From Gemmatimonadaceae bacterium (GTDB lineage Bacteria > Gemmatimonadota > Gemmatimonadetes > Gemmatimonadales > Gemmatimonadaceae): a stretch of 64,000 bases of DNA. The stretch is taken from the NCBI GenBank assembly GCA_033763905.1, contig JANRJP010000037.1, forward strand, positions 1 through 64,000, in the 5' to 3' direction. Each line of letters starts with the position of its first letter. Position 1 is the stretch's first letter. Shown here piece by piece: positions 34,870 through 44,609 of the stretch. The notes under the pieces are model-generated. The model ran no database searches and was not told the origin of the DNA. It was given only the letters and a program-made list of their open reading frames with translations. Made by a program: the position numbers and the translations under genes.

Positions 34870-35411
34870 CCTACGGACCCAGTGCCGGCCCCAAGCTGGT
34901 CAAGGCGCCAGACGACCACGCGCACGACGCACCGCACGAACCGGTCTTCACCGGGGAGCGGCTCGTCGAGCTGGAGCGCATCTGCGGACGGTATCCGACG
35001 CGTCAGGCGGCGCTGCTACCGGCGCTGTGGATGATTCAGGAGGCGCGCGGCTGGGTGAGCGAGGGCGCCGTCGAGGAAGTCGCCGCACTGCTGCAGGTGA
35101 GCCCGGCCCACGTGCGCGGCGTGCTGACCTTCTACACGATGTACCACCAGCATCCGGTGGGAAAGCACTTCGTACAGGTGTGCACTACCACGCCGTGCAA
35201 CCTCTGCGGCGCGGAAGACGTCGTGAACGCCTTCCTGCGGCACACCGGCTGCGGGGAACTCGGCGTCACCAGTGACGATGGGCGATTCACGGTGATCGAG
35301 GTCGAATGCCTCGGCGCTTGCGGCTTCGCGACCCCGGTGATGATCAACAGCGCGTATCTGGAGTCGGTCACCCCCGACGCCGTGCCCGATATTCTGGCGG
35401 AGCTCGACTGA
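34866..35411 (+). CDS. nuoE: NADH-quinone oxidoreductase subunit E
   Basis: TFYTMY, VCTTTPC, ECLGAC [2Fe-2S] ligands; GTG 34866. Confidence 0.95.
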   Translation: MTYGPSAGPKLVKAPDDHAHDAPHEPVFTGERLVELERICGRYPTRQAALLPALWMIQEARGWVSEGAVEEVAALLQVSPAHVRGVLTFYTMYHQHPVGKHFVQVCTTTPCNLCGAEDVVNAFLRHTGCGELGVTSDDGRFTVIEVECLGACGFATPVMINSAYLESVTPDAVPDILAELD

Positions 35412-36742
35412 TGGGCTACCCACATCCCCGACACCCGCGCGAGACACCGGTGCTCAGCGAGCACTTCGGCGACCCCGAAGCGCGCACGCTCGACGGCTGG
35501 AAGAAGCGGGGCGGCTACCAGGCGCTCGAGAAGGCGCTGTCGATGGACCCGGTCGACGTGCAGAACGTCGTCAAGGACTCCGGCCTGCGTGGCCGCGGCG
35601 GCGCCGGGTTTCCGGCCGGCATCAAGTGGTCGTTTATGAAGCCGGACGGCAAGCCGCACTATCTCTGCTGCAACGGCGACGAGTCCGAACCCGGCACGTT
35701 CAAGGACCGCGAGATCATGCGCTGGACGCCGCACGCCCTGGTGGAAGGCGTGGCGACGGGGATGCACGCGATCTACGCCGAGACGGGCTACATCTACATC
35801 CGCGGTGAGTTCACCGAGCCGCTGCAGGCCGTGACGCAGGCGGTGGCTGAGGCCTACGCGGCGGGCATCCTTGGTGCCAACGCGATGGGCACGGGGAAGC
35901 GCCTGGACATTCACGTGCACAAGGGCGCCGGCGCGTACATCTGTGGCGAAGAGACCGCCCTGATGAACTCGATCGAAGGGAAGCGCGGCAATCCGCGAAT
36001 CAAGCCGCCGTTCCCGGCGGTGGCTGGCCTGTTCGGCAAGCCGACCACGATCAACAACGTCGAAACGCTCACGGCGTCTGCGCACGTGGTCAAGCGCGGC
36101 GCGGACTGGTACAAGGCCTTCGGGCGGCCCGACAACCCGAAGAGCACCGGCACCAAGCTGTTCAGCGTCTGCGGCAACGTCGCTCGTCCGGGCAACTACG
36201 AAGTGACGCTGGGATTCCCCTTCAAGGAATTCCTCTGGGACCTGTGCGGTGGTGCGCCCCCGGGCCGCTCGATCAAGGCGGTCATCCCCGGCGGCTCGTC
36301 GGTGCCGATGCTCACCGCCGATGAGTGCGACGGCGTCTTTATGGACTACGAAGGCATGGCGGCGGCGGGCACGCTGCTCGGGTCCGGCGGCGTGATCGTG
36401 TTCGACGACACCGCCGATATGCCGCGGCAGATCGCGCGCCTGGCGCGGTTCTATGCCCACGAAAGTTGCGCGCAGTGCTCGCAGTGCCGCGAAGGCACGG
36501 CGTGGACGACGCGCATTCTCGACCGGATCGTCCGGGGCGAGGGGACCTACGAGGATCTCGACACCTTGCTCGAGATTGGCGAACAGATGAGTGGCAAGAC
36601 GATTTGCGTGCTCTCGGATTCGTGCGCGACGCCGGTCGCGAGCGGGCTCAAGAAGTTCCGCGCCGAGTTCGAAGCCAAGATCTCCAAGAAGCAGCACGTG
36701 GCCTTCGTGCCCGCGCAGCTCGTGACCGCGGGGGGCGCGTGA
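35411..36742 (+). CDS. nuoF: NADH-quinone oxidoreductase subunit F
   Basis: SGLRGRGGAGFP, DESEPGTFKDR, GAYICGEETAL, ESCAQCSQCREG. Confidence 0.97.
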   Translation: MGYPHPRHPRETPVLSEHFGDPEARTLDGWKKRGGYQALEKALSMDPVDVQNVVKDSGLRGRGGAGFPAGIKWSFMKPDGKPHYLCCNGDESEPGTFKDREIMRWTPHALVEGVATGMHAIYAETGYIYIRGEFTEPLQAVTQAVAEAYAAGILGANAMGTGKRLDIHVHKGAGAYICGEETALMNSIEGKRGNPRIKPPFPAVAGLFGKPTTINNVETLTASAHVVKRGADWYKAFGRPDNPKSTGTKLFSVCGNVARPGNYEVTLGFPFKEFLWDLCGGAPPGRSIKAVIPGGSSVPMLTADECDGVFMDYEGMAAAGTLLGSGGVIVFDDTADMPRQIARLARFYAHESCAQCSQCREGTAWTTRILDRIVRGEGTYEDLDTLLEIGEQMSGKTICVLSDSCATPVASGLKKFRAEFEAKISKKQHVAFVPAQLVTAGGA

Positions 36743-38343
36743 CCGCACCCGCCAGCACGGCGCCCAGTGCGCCGCCACCGCCGCCGAGCACGGTGAAGGT
36801 CACGATCGAAGGCGTGCAGGTCGACGTGAAGCCGGGCATCAGCATTCTCGAGGCCGCCAAGCAGGCCGGGGTGCTGATTCCGCACTACTGCTACCACCCG
36901 GGGCTCCCGGTGGCGGGCGTGTGCCGGATGTGTCTGGTGGACGTCGAGAAATTCCCCAAGCTCACGCCCGCCTGCGCGACGTCGGTCGCCGACGGCCAGG
37001 TCGTGCACGTCCACAACGACAAGGCCAAGGCGGCCCGCACGGGCGTGCTGGAGTTCCTGCTGATCAACCATCCGCTCGATTGCCCGATCTGCGATCAGGC
37101 GGGCGAGTGCGAACTGCAGGACTACACCTTCCAGGAAGGGCGCGCCGACTCGCGGTACCGCGAACCGAAGCGCTTCAATCCGATGGAAGACTTCGGCGGT
37201 GACGTGCTGTACGTGCCGAACCGCTGCATTCTGTGCACGCGCTGCGTGCGCTTTATGTCGGACGTCGCGAAGGACCCCGTCTTGAACGTGTCGGAGCGCG
37301 GCGATCGGGCGTTCATCGGCAAGGCGGAAGGGCACGACCTCACCAATGTTTGGGCCGGCAACGTCGTCGATCTCTGCCCGGTGGGCGCGCTGCTCTCGAA
37401 GGACTTCCTCAACAAGGCCCGCGCCTGGGAACTCGACCGCTCGGCGTCGGTGTGCACCGGCTGTTCGCAGGGCTGCAACGTCGTACTCGAGACGCGCGAC
37501 AACGTCGTCGTGCGCGTGAAGCCGCGGACCAACACGGCGGTGAATCAGTACTACGCGTGCGAGGTCGGGCGGCAGAGCTATCGGGCGTTTAATCGTCCGG
37601 ATCGGCTGCAGTCGCCCTTGGTGCGGACGGGTGGCAACGGACTCGCGACGACGACGTGGGAGCAGGCGATCGAAGTCGCGGCGAACACCTTGGCGCAGGC
37701 CAAGCGGGTCGTCGTGATTGCATCGCCGGCGATGTCGAACGAGGCCTTGTTCCTGCTGACGCGCGTGATGGGGCCGACCGGTGTCGGTCGGGTGCAGGTG
37801 CCGACGGGCCCCGAGGCGGCATTGCCGGGCGTGTCGGATCTCGCCCTCCGTGCGGATCGCGCGCCGAACGGGCAGGGGGCCGAGCTGCTGGGTTTCACGC
37901 GCACCGATGCACTCGTGGCGTCGATTGCGCCTGGGGACGTCGTGCTCGTCGCGGACCCCGACGCGGTGGCAGGCCACGCGGCGGCCCTCGAGGCGGCCGC
38001 CGCGATCGTGGTGATCGGTTCGCACTTGCCGGACGCGCTGGCGGCGCGCTGCGCCGCCGCGCTGCCGATTGCGACCACGGCGGAAGAAGAAGGCACCTTC
38101 ACGAATCTGCGTGGCCGCGTGCAGCGCTTTTTGCAGGCGAAGGCACCGCCGGGCGATGTGCGGCCGAGCTGGTCCGTCATTGGCGACGTCGCGGAAGCGA
38201 TGGGTCGAGGTGCAGCGCCAATGCTCCCCGCCGACGTGTTCGCCGCACTGGCCGCATCCCACGAGCGATTTGCGGGCCTCACCTACGCGCGGCTTGGCCT
38301 GCGCGGCTTGCCGGTGCTGGAGTCGGCTGGGGTGACGGGCTGA
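36739..38343 (+). CDS. nuoG: NADH-quinone oxidoreductase subunit G (short form, 534 aa)
   Basis: PHYCYHP...CRMC, NHPLDCPICDQAGEC, CILCTRC, CTGCSQGC; GTG 36739. Confidence 0.93.
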   Translation: MTAPASTAPSAPPPPPSTVKVTIEGVQVDVKPGISILEAAKQAGVLIPHYCYHPGLPVAGVCRMCLVDVEKFPKLTPACATSVADGQVVHVHNDKAKAARTGVLEFLLINHPLDCPICDQAGECELQDYTFQEGRADSRYREPKRFNPMEDFGGDVLYVPNRCILCTRCVRFMSDVAKDPVLNVSERGDRAFIGKAEGHDLTNVWAGNVVDLCPVGALLSKDFLNKARAWELDRSASVCTGCSQGCNVVLETRDNVVVRVKPRTNTAVNQYYACEVGRQSYRAFNRPDRLQSPLVRTGGNGLATTTWEQAIEVAANTLAQAKRVVVIASPAMSNEALFLLTRVMGPTGVGRVQVPTGPEAALPGVSDLALRADRAPNGQGAELLGFTRTDALVASIAPGDVVLVADPDAVAGHAAALEAAAAIVVIGSHLPDALAARCAAALPIATTAEEEGTFTNLRGRVQRFLQAKAPPGDVRPSWSVIGDVAEAMGRGAAPMLPADVFAALAASHERFAGLTYARLGLRGLPVLESAGVTG

Positions 38344-39611
38344 TGGAACCCACCGGCCTCGCGTTCGTGCTGATTTCTATCGCGAAGATTCTGGTCGTCT
38401 TCGTGGTCTACTTGCTGACCGTCGCGTACACGACGCTTGCCGAACGACGCATCTCGGCGTGGATCCAGGATCGCCACGGCCCCAACCGCACCGGTCCGCA
38501 AGGCCTGCTGCAGCCGATTGCCGACGGGATCAAGAACCTGCTCAAGGAAGAAACGCTCCCAGGCGCCGCCAATCCGTGGATGTTCGTGCTCGCGCCGGCG
38601 CTGGCGTTCATCCCGGCGTTCCTCACGTGGGCCGTGATTCCGTGGGGCGCCCCGGTGCCGACGCCCTGGGGCACGGTATCACTCGCAGTGGCGGACCTCC
38701 CGGTGGGCTTTCTGTTCACCTTGGCGATCTCGTCGCTCGGGGTGTACGGCATCACCTTGGCCGGCTGGTCGAGCAACAACAAGTACGCGCTGCTGGGCGG
38801 ACTGCGCTCCAGCGCGCAGATGGTGAGCTACGAGATCGCGATGGGAATGAGCACGATTCCGGTGCTTTTGCTGGTCGGCAACGTGGCGCTGGCCGACATC
38901 GTGGCGCAGCAGCAGGCGACGGCGTGGAACGCGGCGCTGCTCTCGGTCGCGTTTCTCACGTTTCTCGTGAGTGCCTTCGCCGAGACGAATCGCCTGCCGT
39001 TCGATCTGCCGGAGGCCGAGAGCGAGCTGGTCGCGGGCTATCACACCGAGTACTCCGCGATGAAGTACTCGATGTTCATGATTGCCGAGTACGCGAACAT
39101 GATGACGGCGGGGGCGCTGATCTCGACGCTGTTCCTCGGTGGCTGGGACATTCCCTTCACGACCTGGGACAGCACCAACCCCTCGTGGATCAAGAGTCTC
39201 GCCACGTTCGCCGTGATGTATCTCAAGACGATCTTCTGGCTGTTCTTCTTCATCTGGGTGCGCTGGACGCTGCCGCGCTTCCGCTACGACCAGCTGATGG
39301 CGCTCGGATGGCGGGTGATGCTGCCGATGATCCTCGGTTACATCGTGCTGATCGCGGCCACGACGCTGGGCTTGGATGCGGCGGGCATCGGGCGCGGGAC
39401 GACCTATACCGCGACGCTGTTTGGCGTGAATGTCGTCTGCGTCCTGGGCATTCTCTTCTGGTTTGACCGCGGGCGCTTGGTGAGCCCGGCGGCGAGCCGG
39501 CTCAAGACTCACGAGCTCGATCGACTGCGGCAGGTGGCCGAGCGTCGAGCTGCTATTGCCGCGCGCACGGCACGGGCCGGGACGGCATCCGTGGCGGCGG
39601 GGAGCAACTGA
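38343..39611 (+). CDS. nuoH: NADH-quinone oxidoreductase subunit H
   Basis: ERR...IQDR.GP, QPIADGIK, SYE, AETNRLPFDLPEAESELV.GY.TEY, PRFRYDQLM. Confidence 0.97.
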   Translation: MEPTGLAFVLISIAKILVVFVVYLLTVAYTTLAERRISAWIQDRHGPNRTGPQGLLQPIADGIKNLLKEETLPGAANPWMFVLAPALAFIPAFLTWAVIPWGAPVPTPWGTVSLAVADLPVGFLFTLAISSLGVYGITLAGWSSNNKYALLGGLRSSAQMVSYEIAMGMSTIPVLLLVGNVALADIVAQQQATAWNAALLSVAFLTFLVSAFAETNRLPFDLPEAESELVAGYHTEYSAMKYSMFMIAEYANMMTAGALISTLFLGGWDIPFTTWDSTNPSWIKSLATFAVMYLKTIFWLFFFIWVRWTLPRFRYDQLMALGWRVMLPMILGYIVLIAATTLGLDAAGIGRGTTYTATLFGVNVVCVLGILFWFDRGRLVSPAASRLKTHELDRLRQVAERRAAIAARTARAGTASVAAGSN

Positions 39612-39612
39612 T

Positions 39613-40110
39613 ATGGCGATCGGCGTGAAAGTGATGGCGCGTCCCACCGAGCAGTCGAGTTATCTCCGCTCGACGCTCTCGGGGCTCGCGACGACGTTCA
39701 AGCACTTGGTCGACCCGCACAAGGTGACCGTGCAGTATCCGGAACAGCAGTGGCCGATCGCGCCGCGCTGGCGTGGCACGCACCGGATGCTCACGACCGA
39801 GGACGGCAAGGCCAAGTGTGTGGCGTGCGGGCTCTGCCCGACGGTGTGCCCCGCCAACTGCATCAAGCTGGTGCCCGGTGAGGACGAGAAGGGCAACCGG
39901 TACCCGCTGGTCTTCGAGATCGACGAGTTCCGCTGCATCTTTTGCGGCTACTGTCAGGAAGTGTGCCCGGAAGAGGCGATTCACGTCGGACGCCATTTCG
40001 AGAACGCCGAGTACTCGCGCGACCGCTTCGTCTATGACCTCGCGCGCCTCACGTCGCAGAAGCATCAGGTGAGCACGCTGTGGGATCCTTCGGATCCGGC
40101 GGGGGAGTGA
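39613..40110 (+). CDS. nuoI: NADH-quinone oxidoreductase subunit I
   Basis: [12 protein letters not shown] and [12 protein letters not shown]. Confidence 0.97.
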   Translation: MAIGVKVMARPTEQSSYLRSTLSGLATTFKHLVDPHKVTVQYPEQQWPIAPRWRGTHRMLTTEDGKAKCVACGLCPTVCPANCIKLVPGEDEKGNRYPLVFEIDEFRCIFCGYCQEVCPEEAIHVGRHFENAEYSRDRFVYDLARLTSQKHQVSTLWDPSDPAGE

Positions 40111-40628
40111 TGGCGATCCCGATGGCGACCCAGGTGCAGTTCTGGCTCTTCGGCCTCCTGGCGGTGGTTTCGGCCCTGTTGTTCGTGACGCGCAAGAGCC
40201 CGGTGGCCGCCGCCTTGTGGCTCGTCAACACGATGTTCTGCCTGTCCGGGCTGTACGTGATGCTCGACGCCCCGTTCGTCGGTGCGGTGCAGGTACTCGT
40301 GTATGCGGGCGCGATCATGGTGGTCTTTCTGTTCGTCGTGATGCTGCTCAACCTCAGCGCCGACGACCTGAAGGTCGATCTGCGGAGTCCGGGCGTGCGC
40401 GCTGGGGCGGTGATCGTCGGCATTCTGATGGCCGCCGAGATCTTCATTGCGACGCGGGTGGCGCTGCCGCCGGTGCCGGCGTTGCGGCCGAACGGTGGGA
40501 ATGCCGTGACCGAGGTCGCATCGTCGCTCTTCCGCGACCATCTCGTGGCCTTCGAAATCACGAGCGTGCTGCTGCTCGTGGCGATCATCGGCGCGGTGAC
40601 GCTGGCGAAGCGGGAGGGATCGGCGTGA
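40110..40628 (+). CDS. nuoJ: NADH-quinone oxidoreductase subunit J
   Basis: [30 protein letters not shown]. Confidence 0.95.
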   Translation: MAIPMATQVQFWLFGLLAVVSALLFVTRKSPVAAALWLVNTMFCLSGLYVMLDAPFVGAVQVLVYAGAIMVVFLFVVMLLNLSADDLKVDLRSPGVRAGAVIVGILMAAEIFIATRVALPPVPALRPNGGNAVTEVASSLFRDHLVAFEITSVLLLVAIIGAVTLAKREGSA

Positions 40629-40918
40629 TTACCGAATCCCTCTTCCTCAGTGCCGTGCTCTTCGCGATCGGGGTGGGTGGCGTTCTGATCCGACGCAACG
40701 CCCTGATGCTCTTTATGTGCGTCGAGTTGATGCTCAACGCGGTCAATCTGAGCTTCGTGGCCCTGTCGCGCGTGCACGGGGTGGACGGGCAGGTGTTCGT
40801 GATCTTCGTGATGACCGTCGCGGCCGCCGAAGCCGCCGTGGGACTGGCGATCATCATCGCCGCGTTCCGTCACTTCAAGTCTGCCGACCTGGCGGACATC
40901 CGCCTGTTGGGGGGCTGA
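40625..40918 (+). CDS. nuoK: NADH-quinone oxidoreductase subunit K
   Basis: [29 protein letters not shown] 40625. Confidence 0.96.
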   Translation: MITESLFLSAVLFAIGVGGVLIRRNALMLFMCVELMLNAVNLSFVALSRVHGVDGQVFVIFVMTVAAAEAAVGLAIIIAAFRHFKSADLADIRLLGG

Positions 40919-40922
40919 AGCG

Positions 40923-43037
40923 ATGACGCATCCGCTGCAAGGCAGCGCCGCCGAGTTGGTGTGGCTGTTGCCGACGCTGCCGTTCCTCGGCTTCCTCATC
41001 AACGGCTGGTTGTCGATTCGGGGCGCGATGCGCGAGCGCGTGTCCACGCATCCGGCTCGCGTCACCGACGCCCACGCGCGGCATCCGCAGTTCACGCTGG
41101 TCAGTGCAGTGGGCGTCGGCACGGTCCTCGCGGCGTTCGGCGTTGCCCTCGCGGTGTTCGCCGCGCTGGTGGCCGCCCCGAGCGACGCGGGCCCGTTCGT
41201 GCAGACCTACGGCAGCTGGCTGCCGTCGGGTGACCTGCGCGTCGACTGGGCCTTTCAGGTCGATCGCCTGTCGATGGTGATGGCGCTGATCGTGACCGGC
41301 ATCGGGGCCCTGATTCACCTGTTCTCGGTCGGCTATATGGCCGAGGACCCTGGCTATCCGCGGTACTTCGCGTACCTGAATCTGTTCGTGTTCTTCATGC
41401 TCACGCTGGTGCTTGGCGCGAGCTACGCGGTGATCTTCGTCGGCTGGGAAGGCGTGGGACTCGCCTCGTACCTGCTGATCGGTTTCTGGTTCAGCGAGAC
41501 CCGCAACGCCGATGCCGGCAAGAAGGCGTTCATCGTCAACCGCGTCGGGGACTTCGGCTTCCTGATCGCGATGTTCCTGCTGTGGGCCAATCTCGGGTCG
41601 CTGGACTTCCGGGACGTGGCGGCACGTTCGACGGAGCTGGCGGCGGGCGGCGGCCTCGTGACCGCAATTTGTCTGTTCCTGTTCCTCGGCGCGGCGGGCA
41701 AGTCGGCGCAGATGCCGTTGTACATCTGGCTCCCCGATGCGATGGCGGGCCCGACGCCCGTATCGGCCCTGATCCACGCCGCGACGATGGTGACCGGCGG
41801 CGTGTATCTCGTGGCGCGCTCGGCCGATCTGTTCGCCTTGGCACCCGCGGCGTCCTTGACCGTGGTGATCGTCGGCGCAATCACGGCGATCTTCGCCGCC
41901 GTGATCGGCCTCAAGCAGTGGGACATCAAGAAGGTGTTGGCGTACTCCACGGTCAGCCAGCTCGGGATGATGTTCGTCGCGGTGGGATCTGGGGCCTACG
42001 TCGCGGGGGTCTTCCATCTGGTGACCCACGCCTTCTTCAAGGCGCTGTTGTTCCTCGGCGCCGGCGCGGTGATTCACGCCCTCCATCACGCGTATCACGA
42101 AGTGCACGACACGACCAGCGACGCGCAGGATCTGCGGCTGATGGGCGGTTTGCGTCGACAGATGCCGTGGACGTTCGGCCTGATGTGGGCCGCGACGCTT
42201 GCGATTGCCGGCATCCCCGTCCTGAGCGGATTCTTTTCGAAGGACGAGATTCTGGCGACCGTCTTCCGTCAGGCGTCAGGGTCTGCGTTGGCGAGTGCCT
42301 CGTGGCTGGGGATCTCGGGAGCATTCATCCTGTGGGTTGCCTACGGCGTGTTGCTGGTGACGGCGCTCCTGACGGCCGTCTATATGACGCGGATGATGCT
42401 GTACGCCTTCCACGGTCCCTCCCGGGTTCCCGGAGCGGCCAGCGCGCACGTGCACGACTCGCCGTGGGTGATGCGCGCGCCGCTGGTGGTGCTGGGCGTG
42501 CTCACGGTGGTTGGTGGGTGGCTGAACCTGCCCGCACTGCTGCCGATGGGACCGGTCGCGGTGCTCGAGCACTGGCTGGAGCCGGTCGTCTCCCGCGGGG
42601 CGGGCCTTCTGTCCGCCGGCAGCGCGGCGCTGTCGCACGGCACCGAGCAGGGGCTGATTGGCGCGGCGGTGGCCGTGGCCGTGCTCGGGATCGGGCTCGC
42701 GATCTGGCGCTGTCGTCCTGCGGCAGTGCCCGCCATTGATGCCGCGCAGCCGACGTCAGGCATCGAGTATGTGCTGGCCAACAAGTTCTTCGTCGACGAG
42801 GCGATTCAGCGCGTCATCGTGCAGCCGATTGTGAAGATGTCGCGCCTGGTCCTGTGGCGCGGGATCGACGTCGGGTTGCTGGATGGCGTCTTCGTCCGCG
42901 GTCCGGGCTATCTCACGCGCGGCATTGCCTGGGCAGGCGCACGACTCCAAAGCGGTCTGGTGGGCAGCTACGTCTGGGTGATCGCGATCGCCGTATTGGC
43001 CTTGCTTGGCCTGATGCTGGTCGGAGGCACCCGATGA
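40923..43037 (+). CDS. nuoL: NADH-quinone oxidoreductase subunit L
   Basis: GWEGVG, NRVGD, KSAQ.PL..WLPDAM.GPTPVSALIHAATM, THAFFKAL, FSKD, C-terminal amphipathic helix plus TM. Confidence 0.96.
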   Translation: MTHPLQGSAAELVWLLPTLPFLGFLINGWLSIRGAMRERVSTHPARVTDAHARHPQFTLVSAVGVGTVLAAFGVALAVFAALVAAPSDAGPFVQTYGSWLPSGDLRVDWAFQVDRLSMVMALIVTGIGALIHLFSVGYMAEDPGYPRYFAYLNLFVFFMLTLVLGASYAVIFVGWEGVGLASYLLIGFWFSETRNADAGKKAFIVNRVGDFGFLIAMFLLWANLGSLDFRDVAARSTELAAGGGLVTAICLFLFLGAAGKSAQMPLYIWLPDAMAGPTPVSALIHAATMVTGGVYLVARSADLFALAPAASLTVVIVGAITAIFAAVIGLKQWDIKKVLAYSTVSQLGMMFVAVGSGAYVAGVFHLVTHAFFKALLFLGAGAVIHALHHAYHEVHDTTSDAQDLRLMGGLRRQMPWTFGLMWAATLAIAGIPVLSGFFSKDEILATVFRQASGSALASASWLGISGAFILWVAYGVLLVTALLTAVYMTRMMLYAFHGPSRVPGAASAHVHDSPWVMRAPLVVLGVLTVVGGWLNLPALLPMGPVAVLEHWLEPVVSRGAGLLSAGSAALSHGTEQGLIGAAVAVAVLGIGLAIWRCRPAAVPAIDAAQPTSGIEYVLANKFFVDEAIQRVIVQPIVKMSRLVLWRGIDVGLLDGVFVRGPGYLTRGIAWAGARLQSGLVGSYVWVIAIAVLALLGLMLVGGTR

Positions 43038-44605
43038 CGCCGATGACGGCCGACAGCTGGCTGCTGCCAGCCCTGGTGTTCGTCCCGCTGCTCGGCGCCC
43101 TCGCCATCCTGACCGTCGGGCGTGTGGCGGCGCCGGGACAGGAGCTGGTGGCGGCGCGCTGGCGCGAAATTCACGTGCTGACCGCCGTGACGCTCGGCAT
43201 CGAAGCCGTCTTGGCCTCGGTGCTGTGGTTCACGCTTGATGCGGCAGGCGCGACGTGGCAGGCGGTGGTGAATCTGCCGTGGATCAGCGAGTGGGGGGCG
43301 CGGATCCTCCTCGGCGTTGACCCGGTGAGCGGCTTGATGATTCTGCTGACCGCGTGGCTGATGTTCCTGAGCGTCGTCGGTAGTTGGAACGCGGTGAAGG
43401 CAAAGTTGCGGTCGTACTACGTCCTGTTGCTCGTCTTCACCGCCGGTTGCGTCGGCGTGTTCGCTGCCATCGACCTGCTGCTGTTCTACGTGATGTGGGA
43501 AGTGGTGTTGATCCCGCTGTACTTCGTGATCGGCGTCTGGGGTGGCCGCGAGCGGGTGGGGTCGAGCTTCCGCTTCTTCGTGCTGACGATGGGCTCGTCG
43601 CTGCTGATGCTGGTCGCGATCGGCGCACTGTGGAAGCAGTCGGGGGCCGGCTCCTTCGCGCTCGACGCCCTCGTCGGCGGCGCGGGCCTCGGGCAGACGG
43701 CGCAGCTGTGGATGTTCGGGGCGTTCTTCCTGGCGTTTGCGGTGAAGTCGGCGATGTGGCCCTTCCACACCTGGCTCCCCGATGCGCAACACGAAGCGCC
43801 CACAACGGCAGCGATCGCCCTGGGCATCAAGGTCGGGGCCTACGGGATGTTCCGCTTCGCGATGCCACTGTTTCCGCTGGCCGCGTCGCACGACACGGTG
43901 CAGGGGCTGATCATCGGCCTGGGCGTCATTGGCATCATCTACGGGGCGCTGGTGGCGTTGGTGCAGCCGGACTTCAAGCGTCTGGTGTCCTACGCGGCGA
44001 TTTCCCACGCCGGCTTCGTGCTGGTCGGGCTCTTCGCCGGCTCGGTCGAGAGTGTGCAGGGGGCCGTGCTGGTGATGGTGTCGAGCGGCATCACGAATGC
44101 GGCGCTTTTCCTGCTGCTCGGCATTCTGCACGAGCAGCGCGGCACCGGGATGATTGCGAACTTCGGCGGTCTCGCGCGCGTGGTGCCGCTCTTTGCGGTG
44201 ATGCTCACCTTGGTGACGCTGGCCAGCATCGGCCTGCCGGGCACCAACGGGTTCGTTGGCGAGTTCCTGGTGCTGCTGGGCGCATACCGCGCGTATCCCG
44301 TGGCCACGTTCCTCGCGGGCATCGGCGTGATTCTCGCGGCGGTGTACTTCCTGTGGGCGGTGCAGCGGGTGCTGTTCCAGCCGCTGGTGCACGAGGCCAA
44401 CCGGTCGCTGCGCGATTTGAATCGCCGTGAGCAGGTCGTGATGGCGACCTTTGCGGTGGTGATTCTGTGGATGGGGATCGCGCCTGGACGCCTGCTTCGG
44501 CAGATCGAGCCCTCCGCGCGTCGGCTCGTCGCCCGCGTGGAAGGGGTCGCGGCGCCGGCGTCGCCGGCGCCGGTGGCGGCTGACGCAACCTCGCGCACGC
44601 CCTGA
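43034..44605 (+). CDS. nuoM: NADH-quinone oxidoreductase subunit M, copy 1 (divergent)
   Basis: FYVMWE, AVK...PFHTWLPDA..EAP, ISHAG, GLPGTNGFVGEF; ATG 43034. Confidence 0.92.
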   Translation: MTPMTADSWLLPALVFVPLLGALAILTVGRVAAPGQELVAARWREIHVLTAVTLGIEAVLASVLWFTLDAAGATWQAVVNLPWISEWGARILLGVDPVSGLMILLTAWLMFLSVVGSWNAVKAKLRSYYVLLLVFTAGCVGVFAAIDLLLFYVMWEVVLIPLYFVIGVWGGRERVGSSFRFFVLTMGSSLLMLVAIGALWKQSGAGSFALDALVGGAGLGQTAQLWMFGAFFLAFAVKSAMWPFHTWLPDAQHEAPTTAAIALGIKVGAYGMFRFAMPLFPLAASHDTVQGLIIGLGVIGIIYGALVALVQPDFKRLVSYAAISHAGFVLVGLFAGSVESVQGAVLVMVSSGITNAALFLLLGILHEQRGTGMIANFGGLARVVPLFAVMLTLVTLASIGLPGTNGFVGEFLVLLGAYRAYPVATFLAGIGVILAAVYFLWAVQRVLFQPLVHEANRSLRDLNRREQVVMATFAVVILWMGIAPGRLLRQIEPSARRLVARVEGVAAPASPAPVAADATSRTP

Positions 44606-44609
44606 TCGC

